Part shown: positions 1-11,950 of the stretch, in pieces
How positions within the stretch are numbered: position 1 is the first letter of the stretch
How the letters are laid out: every line of letters starts with the position of its first letter
DNA from: Nocardioidaceae bacterium
Lineage (GTDB): Bacteria; Actinomycetota; Actinomycetes; Propionibacteriales; Nocardioidaceae
Length of the DNA: 64,000 nucleotides
Direction of reading: 5' to 3'
Assembly (NCBI GenBank): GCA_029266455.1
Contig: JAQSWV010000004.1
Span: forward strand, 23,330 to 87,329
Made by a program: the position numbers and the translations under genes
The notes under the pieces: generated by a model
What the model was told of the DNA's origin: nothing
What the model saw: only the letters and a program-made list of their open reading frames with translations
Databases searched by the model: none

Positions 1-1
1 G

Positions 2-1081
2 GACGTCAGCCCGGCCGGTGGCGGCGACTCGGTGGCGCGCGACGGCCTGGTGGCGTTCGCTGCCGATACCGGCGCGATCCGGCCCGCGTTCCACCCCACC
101 CACAGCGGTCGCATCACCTCCGTCCTCCCGGCCGGCGACGGAGCGACCGTCTACGTCGCCGGAAGCTTCCGTACGTTCGAAGGCGAGACCCGGAGCCGGG
201 TGGCGCAGATCGACGCCACCGACGGCTCGCTGGTCCCGGGCTTCAAGCCCCCCGGCATCGGCGCCGTGGTCAACGACCTGGCGCTCTCCGGCGACACGCT
301 GTACATCGGCGGCGCGTTCAAGACCGTGAAGGGCCAGCCGCGCTCCGCACTCGCTGCCTTGGACGCCTCCACCGGCGCCGACACGGGCAGTGTCGACCTG
401 GCCTTCTCCAATACGTGGAACGGCGGCAAGGTCAACGTCCAGAACCTTGACGTGAGCCCCGACGGCTCACGCCTGGTGGCAATCGGCAACTGGCGCAGGG
501 TCGACGGGCAGTCCAGGCCCCAGATCGCGGTCGTGAACACGGCCGCCTCGCCGGCCACGGTGGCCGGCTGGGCGACCGCCGGCTTCACGAAGACCTGCGC
601 CGGCGTCTTCGACACGTACATGCGTGACGTCGACATCGCCCCCAGCGGCGACTACTTCGTGGTCGTGACCACCGGCGCCTACGCGGGTGGCCAGAAGGCC
701 GGGACGCTGTGCGACACGGCATCGCGTTGGGAGCTGAGGCGTCGGAGCGCGGGGCAGACCCCGACCTGGGTCAACTACACCGGCGGCGACTCCCTGACCG
801 CGGTGAAGATCACCGGTGCCAGCGTGTACGTCGGCGGTCACCAGCGCTGGATGGACAACGGCTTCGGCGAGAATCGCGCAGGTCCGGGCGCGATCCCGCG
901 CGCCGGCCTTGCGGCGCTCGAGCCTGCAGATGGAGCCGTCACCGACTGGGATCCCGGCCGGGCGCGCGGCTACGGCGTGACCGCTTTCGAGTCGCTGTCC
1001 GACGGCCTGTGGATCGGCCACGACACGAACCGGCTCGGGGGCGAGGTCCGGAAGCGCGTCGCGTTCATGCCGCTGCCGTAG
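2..1081 (+). CDS. beta-propeller repeat protein (repeated ..V[YF].GG.F....G..R..LA.LD..TG.. blades), 5' end cut by the window edge
   Basis: The frame is open from nt 2 with no stop before the GTG at 32. The sequence repeats blades such as VYVAGSFRTFEGETRSRVAQIDATDGSL and LYIGGAFKTVKGQPRSALAALDASTGAD. Third-position GC bias fits coding. Function is unknown. Confidence 0.55.
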   Translation, partial: DVSPAGGGDSVARDGLVAFAADTGAIRPAFHPTHSGRITSVLPAGDGATVYVAGSFRTFEGETRSRVAQIDATDGSLVPGFKPPGIGAVVNDLALSGDTLYIGGAFKTVKGQPRSALAALDASTGADTGSVDLAFSNTWNGGKVNVQNLDVSPDGSRLVAIGNWRRVDGQSRPQIAVVNTAASPATVAGWATAGFTKTCAGVFDTYMRDVDIAPSGDYFVVVTTGAYAGGQKAGTLCDTASRWELRRRSAGQTPTWVNYTGGDSLTAVKITGASVYVGGHQRWMDNGFGENRAGPGAIPRAGLAALEPADGAVTDWDPGRARGYGVTAFESLSDGLWIGHDTNRLGGEVRKRVAFMPLP

Positions 1082-1111
1082 CCGCGGCACGACCCGTACT
1101 AGCGTGGCGGC

Positions 1112-1891
1112 GTGACCCCACCAGAGATGCCTGTGCCCTCGTCCGACGTGCTGTCCGACGACCATGCGTTCGCCGCCTGGCTCGCGACAGTGGCAGGCGA
1201 GCGGCTGGAGCACGTACGGCAGTCGGGCCTCGAGGGCAGGGAGCTCAAGGATGCCGGCGACGAGGCGAGCCATGACCTGCTGATGGCCCTGCTCGACGAG
1301 CACCGGCCCGGGGACGCGGTGCTGTCGGAGGAGGGCCGCGACGACGTCGGGCGCACCACCGCGTCGCGCGTCTGGATCGTCGACCCGCTGGACGGGACCC
1401 GGGAGTTCTCCGAGCCACCCCGCGACGACTGGGCCGTGCACGTGGCGCTGTGGGCGGACGGGGACCTCGTCGCCGGGGCGGTGGCGCAACCCGGGTTGGG
1501 CGAGACCTTCTCCACAGGGGCGCCGCCGCCGCTGCCTCCCTCCACCGCGGCGCGGCCGCGGATCGCCGTGAGCCGCACCCGCCCGCCGGCGTTCGTCGAG
1601 CAGCTGGCCGCCGAGCTCGACGCCGAGCTGGTCCCGATGGGCTCCGCCGGCGCCAAGGTCATCTCGGTGGTGCGCGACGTCTCCGACGCCTGTGTGCGCG
1701 CGGGCGGCCAGTACGAGTGGGACTCGGCGGCCCCGGTCGCCGTGGCCCGGGCGGCGGGACTGTTCACCTCGCGGGTCGACGGCTCCCCCCTCGAGTACAA
1801 CCGCCTCGACCCGATGCTCCCCGACCTGATCGTGGCGCGGCCGGAGCTGGCCGACCGGATCGTCGAGTTCGTCGCCGCGCACGACGCCTGA
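1112..1891 (+). CDS. inositol monophosphatase family / 3'(2'),5'-bisphosphate nucleotidase (CysQ-like)
   Basis: Contains the metal-binding motifs EEG..D and WIVDPLDGTREF, plus a C-terminal WDSAAP motif. All three are typical of the IMPase/CysQ family. Confidence 0.8.
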   Translation: MTPPEMPVPSSDVLSDDHAFAAWLATVAGERLEHVRQSGLEGRELKDAGDEASHDLLMALLDEHRPGDAVLSEEGRDDVGRTTASRVWIVDPLDGTREFSEPPRDDWAVHVALWADGDLVAGAVAQPGLGETFSTGAPPPLPPSTAARPRIAVSRTRPPAFVEQLAAELDAELVPMGSAGAKVISVVRDVSDACVRAGGQYEWDSAAPVAVARAAGLFTSRVDGSPLEYNRLDPMLPDLIVARPELADRIVEFVAAHDA

Positions 1892-2088
1892 CCGCCAGGT
1901 CGCGCCCGCCTGACAGCCGGGGCCGCGCCACACCCATCCCGTAGGCTGGACGGGCCCGGGGTCGCGGACGGATCCCCCGGCCGGGACGGAAGTGCGGGTG
2001 CGCGTCACACGGCCCCGGCCGGATCGCTCAGCGCCCCGCTTCGACGTCCCACTGTTTCCGCCCTGCCGATCCGCTGGAGCTCCTCTCG

Positions 2089-5000
2089 ATGTCGCTGTCC
2101 GGCCTCGCCACCCTGGTCACCTCCGACCCGGTGCTGGCCGCTGCTCTCGAGGCGGCGCGTGTCCATCCGGACACGCTGACCACCCTCGACCTGACCGGGC
2201 CTCCCGCGCTGCGGCCGTTCCTGGTCGCGGGGCTCGCCGGCGACGCCGGGCCGGGTGGGTGGTCCGGTGCGCGCACCGTGCTGGCCGTCACCGCGACGCA
2301 GCGGGAGGCCGAGGAGCTCGTCGAAGCGGTCGGCGACCTGCTCGACCCCCATCAGGTCGCGTTGTACCCCGCGTGGGAGACGCTTCCCCACGAGCGCCTG
2401 TCGCCGCGCGCCGACACGGTCGGCCGCCGGCTGGCTGTGCTGCGCCGGCTCGTGCACCCGGGAGAGCCAGGAACGCCCACGGGTCCGCTGCGCGTCCTTG
2501 CAGCGCCGGTGCGATCGGTGCTGCAGCCACAGGTCAGCGGGCTCGCCGACATCGAGCCGGTCCGGCTGGCCGCCGGCGACGAGGCCGACCTGGACGACGT
2601 GGTGCGCCGGCTGGCAGGTGCCGCGTACTCGCGGGTCGACCTGGTGGAGCGCCGTGGCGAGTTCGCCGTGCGCGGGGGAATCGTCGACGTGTTCCCGCCC
2701 ACCGAGGAGCACCCGTTGCGGGTGGAGTTCTGGGGCGACACGGTCGAGGAGGTGCGGTCCTTCGCGGTGGCCGACCAGCGATCACTGGACGCGGCGCCGG
2801 AGCTGTGGGCGCCGCCGTGCCGCGAGCTGCTGCTGACCGACGACGTCCGCCGCCGCGCCGCCGCCCTGGTCGACGAGCACCCCTCGCTCGCCGAGATGCT
2901 CACCCGGCTGGCCGACGGACACGCGGTCGAGGGCATGGAGTCGCTGGCGCCGGTGCTCGTCGACAGCATGCAGATGCTCACCGACCTGCTGCCTCCCGCC
3001 TCGCACGTCGTCGTGTTCGACCCCGAGCGGGTGCGCGCCAGGGCGGCCGACCTCGTCGCGACCAGCGAGGAGTTCCTCCAGGCGTCATGGGGCGCCGCGG
3101 CGGTCGGCGGTGAGGCGCCGGTCGACCTGGGCGCCAGCGCCTACCGCTCCCTGGCCGACGTGCGTGCCGACGCGATCGCGAGCCGGCTGCCGTGGTGGAG
3201 CACCTCACCGTTCGGGCTCGACCCCGTGGATGACGGTGCCATCCGTACGGCAGACCCCCTTCGCACCGAGGCCGGCGAGGTCGTGTCGCTCGATGTGGAC
3301 GTCGACGCCGGCGCGGTGACGTCGCGGACGGTGGGGTTCGCCCCCGCACCGGTCTACCGCGGCGACACCGACGGGGCGGTCGCCGACGTCCGGGCCTGGC
3401 TGGCCGCCGGGCACCGGGTCGTCGTGGTCACGCCCGGCGCCGGGCAGGCCGCGCGCACCGCCGAGCTGCTGGCCGAGCACGATGTTGCCGCCCGGCTCAC
3501 CGATGCGCTCCCGGTCGACCCCGAGCCCGGTGTCGTCCACCTGGCCCAGGGCTGTCTCGGGCACGGGCTCGTCTCCGAACGACTGTCGCTCGCGGTGCTG
3601 ACCCACGACGACCTGGTGACCAAGCGTGCCGCCAGCCGCGACGAGCGGCGGTTGCCGGCCCGCCGCAAGCGACAGGTGGATCCCCTCGAGCTGACGCCGG
3701 GCGACCTGGTGGTGCACGACCAGCACGGGGTGGGCCGATACGTCCAGATGGCTCAGCGCACCGTGCAGGGGGCCACCCGCGAGTACCTCCTGGTCGAGTA
3801 CGCGCCGTCCAAGCGGGGACAGCCGGGCGACCGGCTGTTCGTCCCCACCGACCAGCTCGACCAGGTGACCCGGTACATCGGCGGCGAACAGCCGGCGCTG
3901 GACAAGCTGGGCGGCGGCGACTGGGCCAAGCGCAAGGGCCGGGCGCGTCGTGCCGTCCGCCAGATCGCGGCCGAGCTGATCAAGCTGTACGCGGCCCGCC
4001 AGGCGACGAAGGGCCACGCGTTCGGCCCGGACACCCCGTGGCAGCGAGAGCTGGAGGAGGCCTTCCCGTACGTCGAGACCCCGGACCAGCTCTCGACCAT
4101 CGAGGACGTCAAGGCCGACATGGAGCGCACCGTGCCGATGGACCGGCTGGTATGCGGCGACGTCGGTTACGGCAAGACCGAGATCGCCGTTCGCGCCGCG
4201 TTCAAGGCGATCCAGGACGGGCGGCAGGTGGCCGTGCTGGTCCCCACGACGCTGCTGGTGCAGCAGCACACCGAGACGTTCAGTGAGCGGTACGCCCAGT
4301 TCCCGGTCGTGCTCAAGGCATTGTCACGGTTCCAGTCGGACGCCGACGCCAAGGCGGTGCTGGCCGGTCTGGCGGACGGGAGCGTCGATCTGGTGATCGG
4401 CACCCACCGGCTGCTGGCGCCCGAGACCCGGTTCAAGAACCTGGGCCTGGTGATCGTCGATGAGGAGCAGCGCTTCGGGGTCGAGCACAAGGAGCAGCTC
4501 AAGCACCTGCGCGCCGCGGTCGACGTGCTGTCGATGTCGGCGACCCCGATCCCGCGCACCCTGGAGATGGCGATCACCGGCATCCGCGAGATGTCCACCA
4601 TCATCACCCCGCCAGAGGAGCGGCACCCCGTGCTCAGCTTCGTCGGTGCCTACGACGACGGCCAGGTGACCGCCGCCCTGCGTCGCGAGCTGCTGCGCGA
4701 CGGTCAGGTCTTCTACATCCACAACCGGGTGCAGTCCATGGAGCGGGTGGCCGACCACCTGCGCAGCCTGGTGCCCGAGGCACGGATCGCCACCGCGCAC
4801 GGACAGATGGGCGAGCACCGGCTCGAGCAGGTGATGGTCGACTTCTGGGAGAAGCGCTTCGACGTGCTCGTGTGCACCACCATCGTCGAGTCGGGGCTGG
4901 ACGTGTCCAACGCGAACACCATGGTGATCGAGCGCGCTGACGCGCTCGGCCTGTCCCAGCTGCACCAGCTGCGCGGCCGGGTGGGCCGCGGGCGCGAGCG

Positions 5001-5745
5001 CGCGTACGCCTACTTCCTCTACCCGACCGACAAGCCGCTGACCGAGACCGCCCACGACCGGCTGGCCACCATCGCGCAGCACTCCGAGCTCGGCGGCGGC
5101 ATGGCGGTCGCGCTGAAGGACCTCGAGATCCGTGGCGCCGGGAACCTGCTCGGCGGCGAGCAGTCGGGGCACATCGCCGATGTCGGTTTCGACCTGTACG
5201 TGCGGCTCGTCGGTGAGGCCGTCCAGGAGTTCCGTGGCGAGGGACCCGGTGAGGAGCCGGAGGGGAGCATCGAGCTCCCGGTCGACGCGCACCTGCCGCA
5301 CGACTACGTGCCGAGCGAGCGGCTGCGGCTCGAGGCGTACAAGCAGCTCGCGGCGGTGCGCACCGAGAACGAGGTCCAGGAGATCCGCGCGGAGCTCGTC
5401 GACCGCTACGGCGACCCACCGCCGCCGGTCGAGACCCTGCTGCACGTCGCGAGACTCCGGGCCCGGGTCAAGGGCGCCGGGCTGACCGATGTCACCGCGT
5501 CCGGACCGCACATCAGGTTCGGCCCGGTCGACCTCACCGAGTCCGGCAGGCTGCGGCTGCAGCGGCTCTACCCGAAGAGCGTCGTGAAGCCCGCGGTGCG
5601 TACGATCCTCGTGCCGCGGCCGAAGACGGCGCCGGTGGGTGGGAGCCCGCTGCGCGACGAGGCACTGCTGGACTGGTGTCGCCGCGTCATCGACGATGTC
5701 CTGGACCGACGAGACGACCCGGTCGTCGCCGGGGCGGCGTCATGA
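2089..5745 (+). CDS. mfd: transcription-repair coupling factor
   Basis: 1218 aa. It has a UvrB-homology N-terminus, a CarD-like RNAP-interaction region (DLVVHDQHGVGRY), the helicase motifs GDVGYGKTE and DEEQRFG, and a TRG/C-terminal domain. Confidence 0.97.
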   Translation: MSLSGLATLVTSDPVLAAALEAARVHPDTLTTLDLTGPPALRPFLVAGLAGDAGPGGWSGARTVLAVTATQREAEELVEAVGDLLDPHQVALYPAWETLPHERLSPRADTVGRRLAVLRRLVHPGEPGTPTGPLRVLAAPVRSVLQPQVSGLADIEPVRLAAGDEADLDDVVRRLAGAAYSRVDLVERRGEFAVRGGIVDVFPPTEEHPLRVEFWGDTVEEVRSFAVADQRSLDAAPELWAPPCRELLLTDDVRRRAAALVDEHPSLAEMLTRLADGHAVEGMESLAPVLVDSMQMLTDLLPPASHVVVFDPERVRARAADLVATSEEFLQASWGAAAVGGEAPVDLGASAYRSLADVRADAIASRLPWWSTSPFGLDPVDDGAIRTADPLRTEAGEVVSLDVDVDAGAVTSRTVGFAPAPVYRGDTDGAVADVRAWLAAGHRVVVVTPGAGQAARTAELLAEHDVAARLTDALPVDPEPGVVHLAQGCLGHGLVSERLSLAVLTHDDLVTKRAASRDERRLPARRKRQVDPLELTPGDLVVHDQHGVGRYVQMAQRTVQGATREYLLVEYAPSKRGQPGDRLFVPTDQLDQVTRYIGGEQPALDKLGGGDWAKRKGRARRAVRQIAAELIKLYAARQATKGHAFGPDTPWQRELEEAFPYVETPDQLSTIEDVKADMERTVPMDRLVCGDVGYGKTEIAVRAAFKAIQDGRQVAVLVPTTLLVQQHTETFSERYAQFPVVLKALSRFQSDADAKAVLAGLADGSVDLVIGTHRLLAPETRFKNLGLVIVDEEQRFGVEHKEQLKHLRAAVDVLSMSATPIPRTLEMAITGIREMSTIITPPEERHPVLSFVGAYDDGQVTAALRRELLRDGQVFYIHNRVQSMERVADHLRSLVPEARIATAHGQMGEHRLEQVMVDFWEKRFDVLVCTTIVESGLDVSNANTMVIERADALGLSQLHQLRGRVGRGRERAYAYFLYPTDKPLTETAHDRLATIAQHSELGGGMAVALKDLEIRGAGNLLGGEQSGHIADVGFDLYVRLVGEAVQEFRGEGPGEEPEGSIELPVDAHLPHDYVPSERLRLEAYKQLAAVRTENEVQEIRAELVDRYGDPPPPVETLLHVARLRARVKGAGLTDVTASGPHIRFGPVDLTESGRLRLQRLYPKSVVKPAVRTILVPRPKTAPVGGSPLRDEALLDWCRRVIDDVLDRRDDPVVAGAAS

Positions 5746-6425
5746 GGGCCGGAGGAGCTGTGAGAGGTCGAGGTGTCGCGCTCGTCGTCGCGGCCGGGCT
5801 CGCGCTGACCGCGTGCGGGGACGTGTCCCCAGGGGCGGCTGCCACGGTCGACGGCACGAAGATCTCGCGGGAGACCGTCGACGAGATGGCGCAGGCTGTC
5901 TGCACCGCCGAGGTGACCTACGCCGGGCTCGTGGACCAGCCCGTGCAGCCGACGCCCACCTCGATTTACCGCGAGCTCTCGCTCAGCCTGCTGATCAACG
6001 AGCAGCTGGCGCTCGACGTGGCCGACAGGCTGGACATCGACGTACCACCCAGCAGCTACCAGGCCGGACAGGACGCCGGACTCGAGGGCCTGTTCGAGGC
6101 GCTGCCGTCGTCCGCGCTCGAGCCGTTCCAGGACTATGTGGAGTCGTACAACCGGCTGCAGGCCCTGTACGCCGCCATCGGGACGGAGGTGGGGGAGGCG
6201 AGCGGTGACACCCCGCAGGCAGCGGCGGAGGCCGGACGCGCGTACGTCGCGCAGTACGCGGAGCAGCAGGACATCACCGTCGACCCGCGCTTCGGCGGGT
6301 TCACCGACGGACGGGTGGCGGGGGGCAGCGGCTCACTGTCCGTACCGGTCGACGCCGCGGCCGGCGTCCGTCCCGGCGAGCCCCCCGACGTCTCCGGGCT
6401 GCCTGACTCGCAGATCTGCCAGTAG
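5742..6425 (+). CDS. lipoprotein, SurA-N-terminal-domain-like (function uncertain)
   Basis: The ATG at 5742 overlaps the mfd stop (ATGA). It has a signal peptide with lipobox LALTAC. I take the ORF-track start at 5676 to be an upstream extension. Confidence 0.6.
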   Translation: MRAGGAVRGRGVALVVAAGLALTACGDVSPGAAATVDGTKISRETVDEMAQAVCTAEVTYAGLVDQPVQPTPTSIYRELSLSLLINEQLALDVADRLDIDVPPSSYQAGQDAGLEGLFEALPSSALEPFQDYVESYNRLQALYAAIGTEVGEASGDTPQAAAEAGRAYVAQYAEQQDITVDPRFGGFTDGRVAGGSGSLSVPVDAAAGVRPGEPPDVSGLPDSQICQ

Positions 6426-6437
6426 GCAGAGCATCCC

Positions 6438-7163
6438 GTGGACCAGCCCAGGCACCAGCGCGTGGACCAGCCTCCTGACCGGCACGTCGACGCCTCCGGT
6501 CCCGCCGGACCGGGGGTCGTCCCGGGCGTGGCCCTGCTCGAGCTGGTCACGGTCATGGACCGGCTGCGGTCGCCGGGCGGATGCCCCTGGGACGCCGAGC
6601 AGACGCACCAGAGCCTGACGCGGTACCTGCTCGAGGAGACGTACGAGGTGCTGGAGGCGCTGGACTCCGGCGACCGTGACCACCTCCGCGAGGAGCTGGG
6701 CGACCTGCTGCTGCAGGTGGTGTTCCATGCCCGGATCGCGGCTGAGGATGCCGACGACGCGTGGGACATCGACGACGTCGCCCGCGACATCGTCGCCAAG
6801 CTGGTGCGCCGTCATCCGCACGTGTTCGCGGACGTGCCCGCGACCGGGGGGCCGGTGGACGCCGAGGCCGTGCAAGCCGGCTGGGACCGGCAGAAGTCGG
6901 TCGAGAAGGGCCGGACGTCGGTGCTCGACGGCGTCCCCACCGCCCTGCCGGCGCTCGCGTTGGCTGACAAGCTGCTCGGCCGGCTGGCGCGCGCGGGACT
7001 CGACGTCGCGCCGGTCGTCGACGGGGACGCATCCGTCGGGTCGCGGCTGCTGCAGCTGGTGGCGGAGGCCCGTGCGGAGGGGACCGACCCGGAGGCGGCC
7101 CTGCGAAGCTCGCTCGCAGAGCTCGCGGCCCGGGTCCGCACGGTCGAGGCCGACGGCTCCTGA
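6438..7163 (+). CDS. mazG: nucleoside triphosphate pyrophosphohydrolase MazG
   Basis: Contains CPWDAEQTHQSL..YLLEETYEVLEA..LGDLLLQVVFH, the classic MazG core. The true start may lie downstream of 6438. Confidence 0.88.
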   Translation: MDQPRHQRVDQPPDRHVDASGPAGPGVVPGVALLELVTVMDRLRSPGGCPWDAEQTHQSLTRYLLEETYEVLEALDSGDRDHLREELGDLLLQVVFHARIAAEDADDAWDIDDVARDIVAKLVRRHPHVFADVPATGGPVDAEAVQAGWDRQKSVEKGRTSVLDGVPTALPALALADKLLGRLARAGLDVAPVVDGDASVGSRLLQLVAEARAEGTDPEAALRSSLAELAARVRTVEADGS

Positions 7164-7178
7164 CCCTCCACAAACCCG

Positions 7179-9085
<1,907 letters not shown>

Positions 9086-9096
9086 ACGGCACTTCG

Positions 9097-9501
9097 GTGG
9101 GCTCCACCCGGGCACCTGCGGGTCCGCGCTTCACCAGCCGGGCCATCGTGCTGGGCGTGGTACTGCTGGTGCTGGTGATCTCGTACGCGTCCAGCCTCCG
9201 GGCCTGGCTCGACCAGCGCGAGCAGATCGCTGAGACCCGCGAGCAGATCTCGTCGGTGCGCCAGCAGGTCGACGACCTCGAACGGGAGCGGCGCCGCTGG
9301 GCCGACGACGCGTACGTCGAGCAGCAGGCGCGCGCACGGCTCGACTTCGTGATGCCGGGCGAGACCGGCTACCGGGTCATCACCCCGGATGGCGCGACGA
9401 TCGACACGCAGGTTGAACCGCGGCCGTCCGACCAGGCGGCCCCACGCGACTGGTACGAGACCATGTGGGCCAGCGCCCGGCGCGCGGGCAGGGCCGGGTG
9501 A
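9097..9501 (+). CDS. ftsB: septum formation initiator (FtsB/DivIC family)
   Basis: One N-terminal TM helix followed by a coiled coil (REQIAETREQISSVRQQVDDLERE). Its position directly after eno matches other Actinomycetota. Confidence 0.8.
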   Translation: MGSTRAPAGPRFTSRAIVLGVVLLVLVISYASSLRAWLDQREQIAETREQISSVRQQVDDLERERRRWADDAYVEQQARARLDFVMPGETGYRVITPDGATIDTQVEPRPSDQAAPRDWYETMWASARRAGRAG

Positions 9502-10022
9502 GCGCGACAGCAGACTGCTCGGACTCCGACCTGGCCGCCGTGCGAGCCCAGCTCGGTCGTCCGCCGCGCGGGGTGCGGTCGGTGGCGCACCGGTGCCCCT
9601 GCGGCCTACCCGACGTGGTCGAGACCGCCCCCAGGCTGCCGGACGGGACTCCGTTCCCCACGTTGTTCTACGTGACCTGCCCCCGGCTCACGGGCGCGGT
9701 GTCCACGCTCGAGGCGGCCGGGCTGATGCGGGAGATGACGGCGCGGCTGGACACCGACACCTCGCTGGCCACGGCGATGCATGCGTCGCACCAGGCATAC
9801 CTGGCCCGGCGGGAGCAGCTGGCCGTGGTGCCGGAGATCGCCGGGATCTCCGCCGGGGGCATGCCGGGCCGGGTGAAGTGCCTCCACGTCCTCGTCGGGC
9901 ATGCCCTCGCCCAGGGGCCGGGCGCGAACCGGCTCGGCGACGAGGCGCTGCAGCTGGTCGAGCCGTGGTGGGCGGCCGGGCCCTGCCGCGACCCCGCGGG
10001 CGGCGGGACGAGCGTGCCGTGA
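9498..10022 (+). CDS. DUF501 domain protein
   Basis: Contains CPCGLPDVVETAPRL.DGTPFPTLFYVTCP, the DUF501 signature. The GTG at 9498 overlaps the ftsB stop (GTGA). The ORF-track start is 9465. Confidence 0.8.
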   Translation: MSATADCSDSDLAAVRAQLGRPPRGVRSVAHRCPCGLPDVVETAPRLPDGTPFPTLFYVTCPRLTGAVSTLEAAGLMREMTARLDTDTSLATAMHASHQAYLARREQLAVVPEIAGISAGGMPGRVKCLHVLVGHALAQGPGANRLGDEALQLVEPWWAAGPCRDPAGGGTSVP

Positions 10023-10981
10023 GGGTGGCCGCGGTCGACTGCGGCACGAATGCGCTCAAGCTGCTGGTCACCGACCTCGACGCCGCGACCGGCGCGCAGA
10101 CCGACCTCGTGCGCGAGCTGCGCATGACCCGCGTCGGCGAGGGTGTTGACAGCGTGGGCCGGATCACCCCCGCGGCGCTGCGCCGCACCCTGGCCGGCTG
10201 CGACGACTACGCCGCCGCCATCGACCGGCTGGAGGTCGAGAGACTCCGATGTGGAGCGACGTCGGCGGCGCGGGACGCAGCCAACGGCGCCGAGCTCGTG
10301 ACCGGGATGCGCGCGCGCTTCGGCGTGCCGATCGAGGTGCTGAGCGGAGAGCGGGAGGCGGCGCTGTCGTACGCGGGGGTGGTCCATGGGCTGCGCCGGT
10401 CCGGCGTGACGGCCGCCGGCCCGATGCCTGCCGGCCAGACGCTCGCCGAGCCGATGCTGGTCGTCGACATCGGGGGTGGCTCGACCGAGCTGATTCTCGG
10501 TCAGGGGACGCAGGTGCGGGCGGCGGCGTCGGCCGACGTGGGCGCGGTCCGCCTCACCGAGCGACATCTGCGCGACGACCCGCCGACGGCCGCGCAGCGC
10601 GACGCCGCGGTGGCCGACGTCGATGCCGCGCTGCTGACCCTGCCGGTGCGACCCGCCGACGCGGGCACGCTGGTGGGCGTGAGCGGCACGGCGGTGACCG
10701 TGGCCGCGCTCGCGCTGGGACTGGACACCCTCGACCCGGATCGCCTGCACGGGGCGCGGATCAGGGCCGACGCGGTACGGGACGCGTGTGCCGCGCTGCT
10801 GGCTGCGCCCGTCGCCGAGCGGCTGGCGCTCGGCGTGATGCATCCCGGTCGAGCCGATGTGATCGGCGGAGGCGCCATCGTGCTCGACCGGGTGCTGGTG
10901 GCGGCCCGGGCCGAGGAGCTCGTCGTCAGCACCTGCGACGTCCTGGACGGCATGGCGTGGTCCCTGGTGGCACCCGCATGA
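10019..10981 (+). CDS. Ppx/GppA family phosphatase (exopolyphosphatase-like)
   Basis: The N-terminus [17 protein letters not shown] and an internal DIGGGSTEL motif fit the ASKHA fold of Ppx/GppA. The GTG at 10019 overlaps the DUF501 stop. Confidence 0.85.
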   Translation: MRVAAVDCGTNALKLLVTDLDAATGAQTDLVRELRMTRVGEGVDSVGRITPAALRRTLAGCDDYAAAIDRLEVERLRCGATSAARDAANGAELVTGMRARFGVPIEVLSGEREAALSYAGVVHGLRRSGVTAAGPMPAGQTLAEPMLVVDIGGGSTELILGQGTQVRAAASADVGAVRLTERHLRDDPPTAAQRDAAVADVDAALLTLPVRPADAGTLVGVSGTAVTVAALALGLDTLDPDRLHGARIRADAVRDACAALLAAPVAERLALGVMHPGRADVIGGGAIVLDRVLVAARAEELVVSTCDVLDGMAWSLVAPA

Positions 10982-11937
10982 CGACCCCGTCGGCGCCCGA
11001 CGACGGCCGTACGCCCCGGCTGCCTCATCCGGGCACCGGCCGGCCCTTCCCGAGCCCGGTCCCGCCCGGGACAGGGTGGCCTGACGATCCCGCCGACGCG
11101 ACCACCCCGGTGGCGGTCGACGCCGCCTCGGTGGTGGGGCTGGCCGACCCGGGAGCGGGTCTGGCCGAGCTGAGCGCCCGCGTCTCCGTCTGCCGGGCCT
11201 GCCCGAGGCTGGTCGGGTGGCGCGAGCAGGTGGCGGTCGAGAAGCGTCGAGCGTTCGCCGCCGAGCCCTACTGGGGGCGTCCGTCCACGGGGTTCGGCGA
11301 CCCGCAGCCCCGGGTGCTCGTGGTCGGGCTGGCGCCCGCGGCGAACGGCGCCAACCGCACGGGCCGGGTCTTCACCGGTGACCGATCGGGCGAGTGGCTG
11401 TTCGAGGCCCTGCACGCCGCAGGTCTGGCCACCAGCAGCGAGAGCCGGCACGCCGGTGACGGGCTGACGCTGCCCGGCGCACGCATCGTCCCCGCCGTAC
11501 GCTGCGCCCCTCCCGGCAACGCTCCGACCCCGGCGGAGAGGGACACCTGCGCGCCATGGCTGCGGGCCGAGGCCACGCTGGTCTGGCCGACCGTCGGCTC
11601 GGTGGTGGCGCTCGGCCGGTTCGCCTGGGACGCGGTGCTGCGGCTGGTGCGGGACAGCGGTGGCACCGTGCCGCGACCGGTGCCACGGTTCGGGCACGCG
11701 GCCGAGTCGGTGCTCGCCCGCCCGGGAGGAGGCCGGGTGGTACTCGTCGGCAGCTTCCACCCCAGTCAGCAGAACACGTTCACCGGCCGGCTGACCATGC
11801 CCATGCTCATGGCCGTGCTGCGCCGGGCGGCCGCTCTGGCGACACCTGACCGGGTCCGCGGCCCGGTCGGCGACCCACCCGCGGGCGGCGCCAGCAGCGG
11901 TCCCCCCACCGACCCCGAAGGTTCCGGCGGCACCTGA
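10978..11937 (+). CDS. uracil-DNA glycosylase, family 5 type (UdgB-like, Fe-S)
   Basis: Contains the motif [24 protein letters not shown] (a GLAPA-type motif A), Cys ligands (CRAC...C) and a late HPS motif. The ATG at 10978 overlaps the ppx stop (ATGA). Confidence 0.8.
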   Translation: MTTPSAPDDGRTPRLPHPGTGRPFPSPVPPGTGWPDDPADATTPVAVDAASVVGLADPGAGLAELSARVSVCRACPRLVGWREQVAVEKRRAFAAEPYWGRPSTGFGDPQPRVLVVGLAPAANGANRTGRVFTGDRSGEWLFEALHAAGLATSSESRHAGDGLTLPGARIVPAVRCAPPGNAPTPAERDTCAPWLRAEATLVWPTVGSVVALGRFAWDAVLRLVRDSGGTVPRPVPRFGHAAESVLARPGGGRVVLVGSFHPSQQNTFTGRLTMPMLMAVLRRAAALATPDRVRGPVGDPPAGGASSGPPTDPEGSGGT

Positions 11938-11950
11938 TACAACCGCACCC

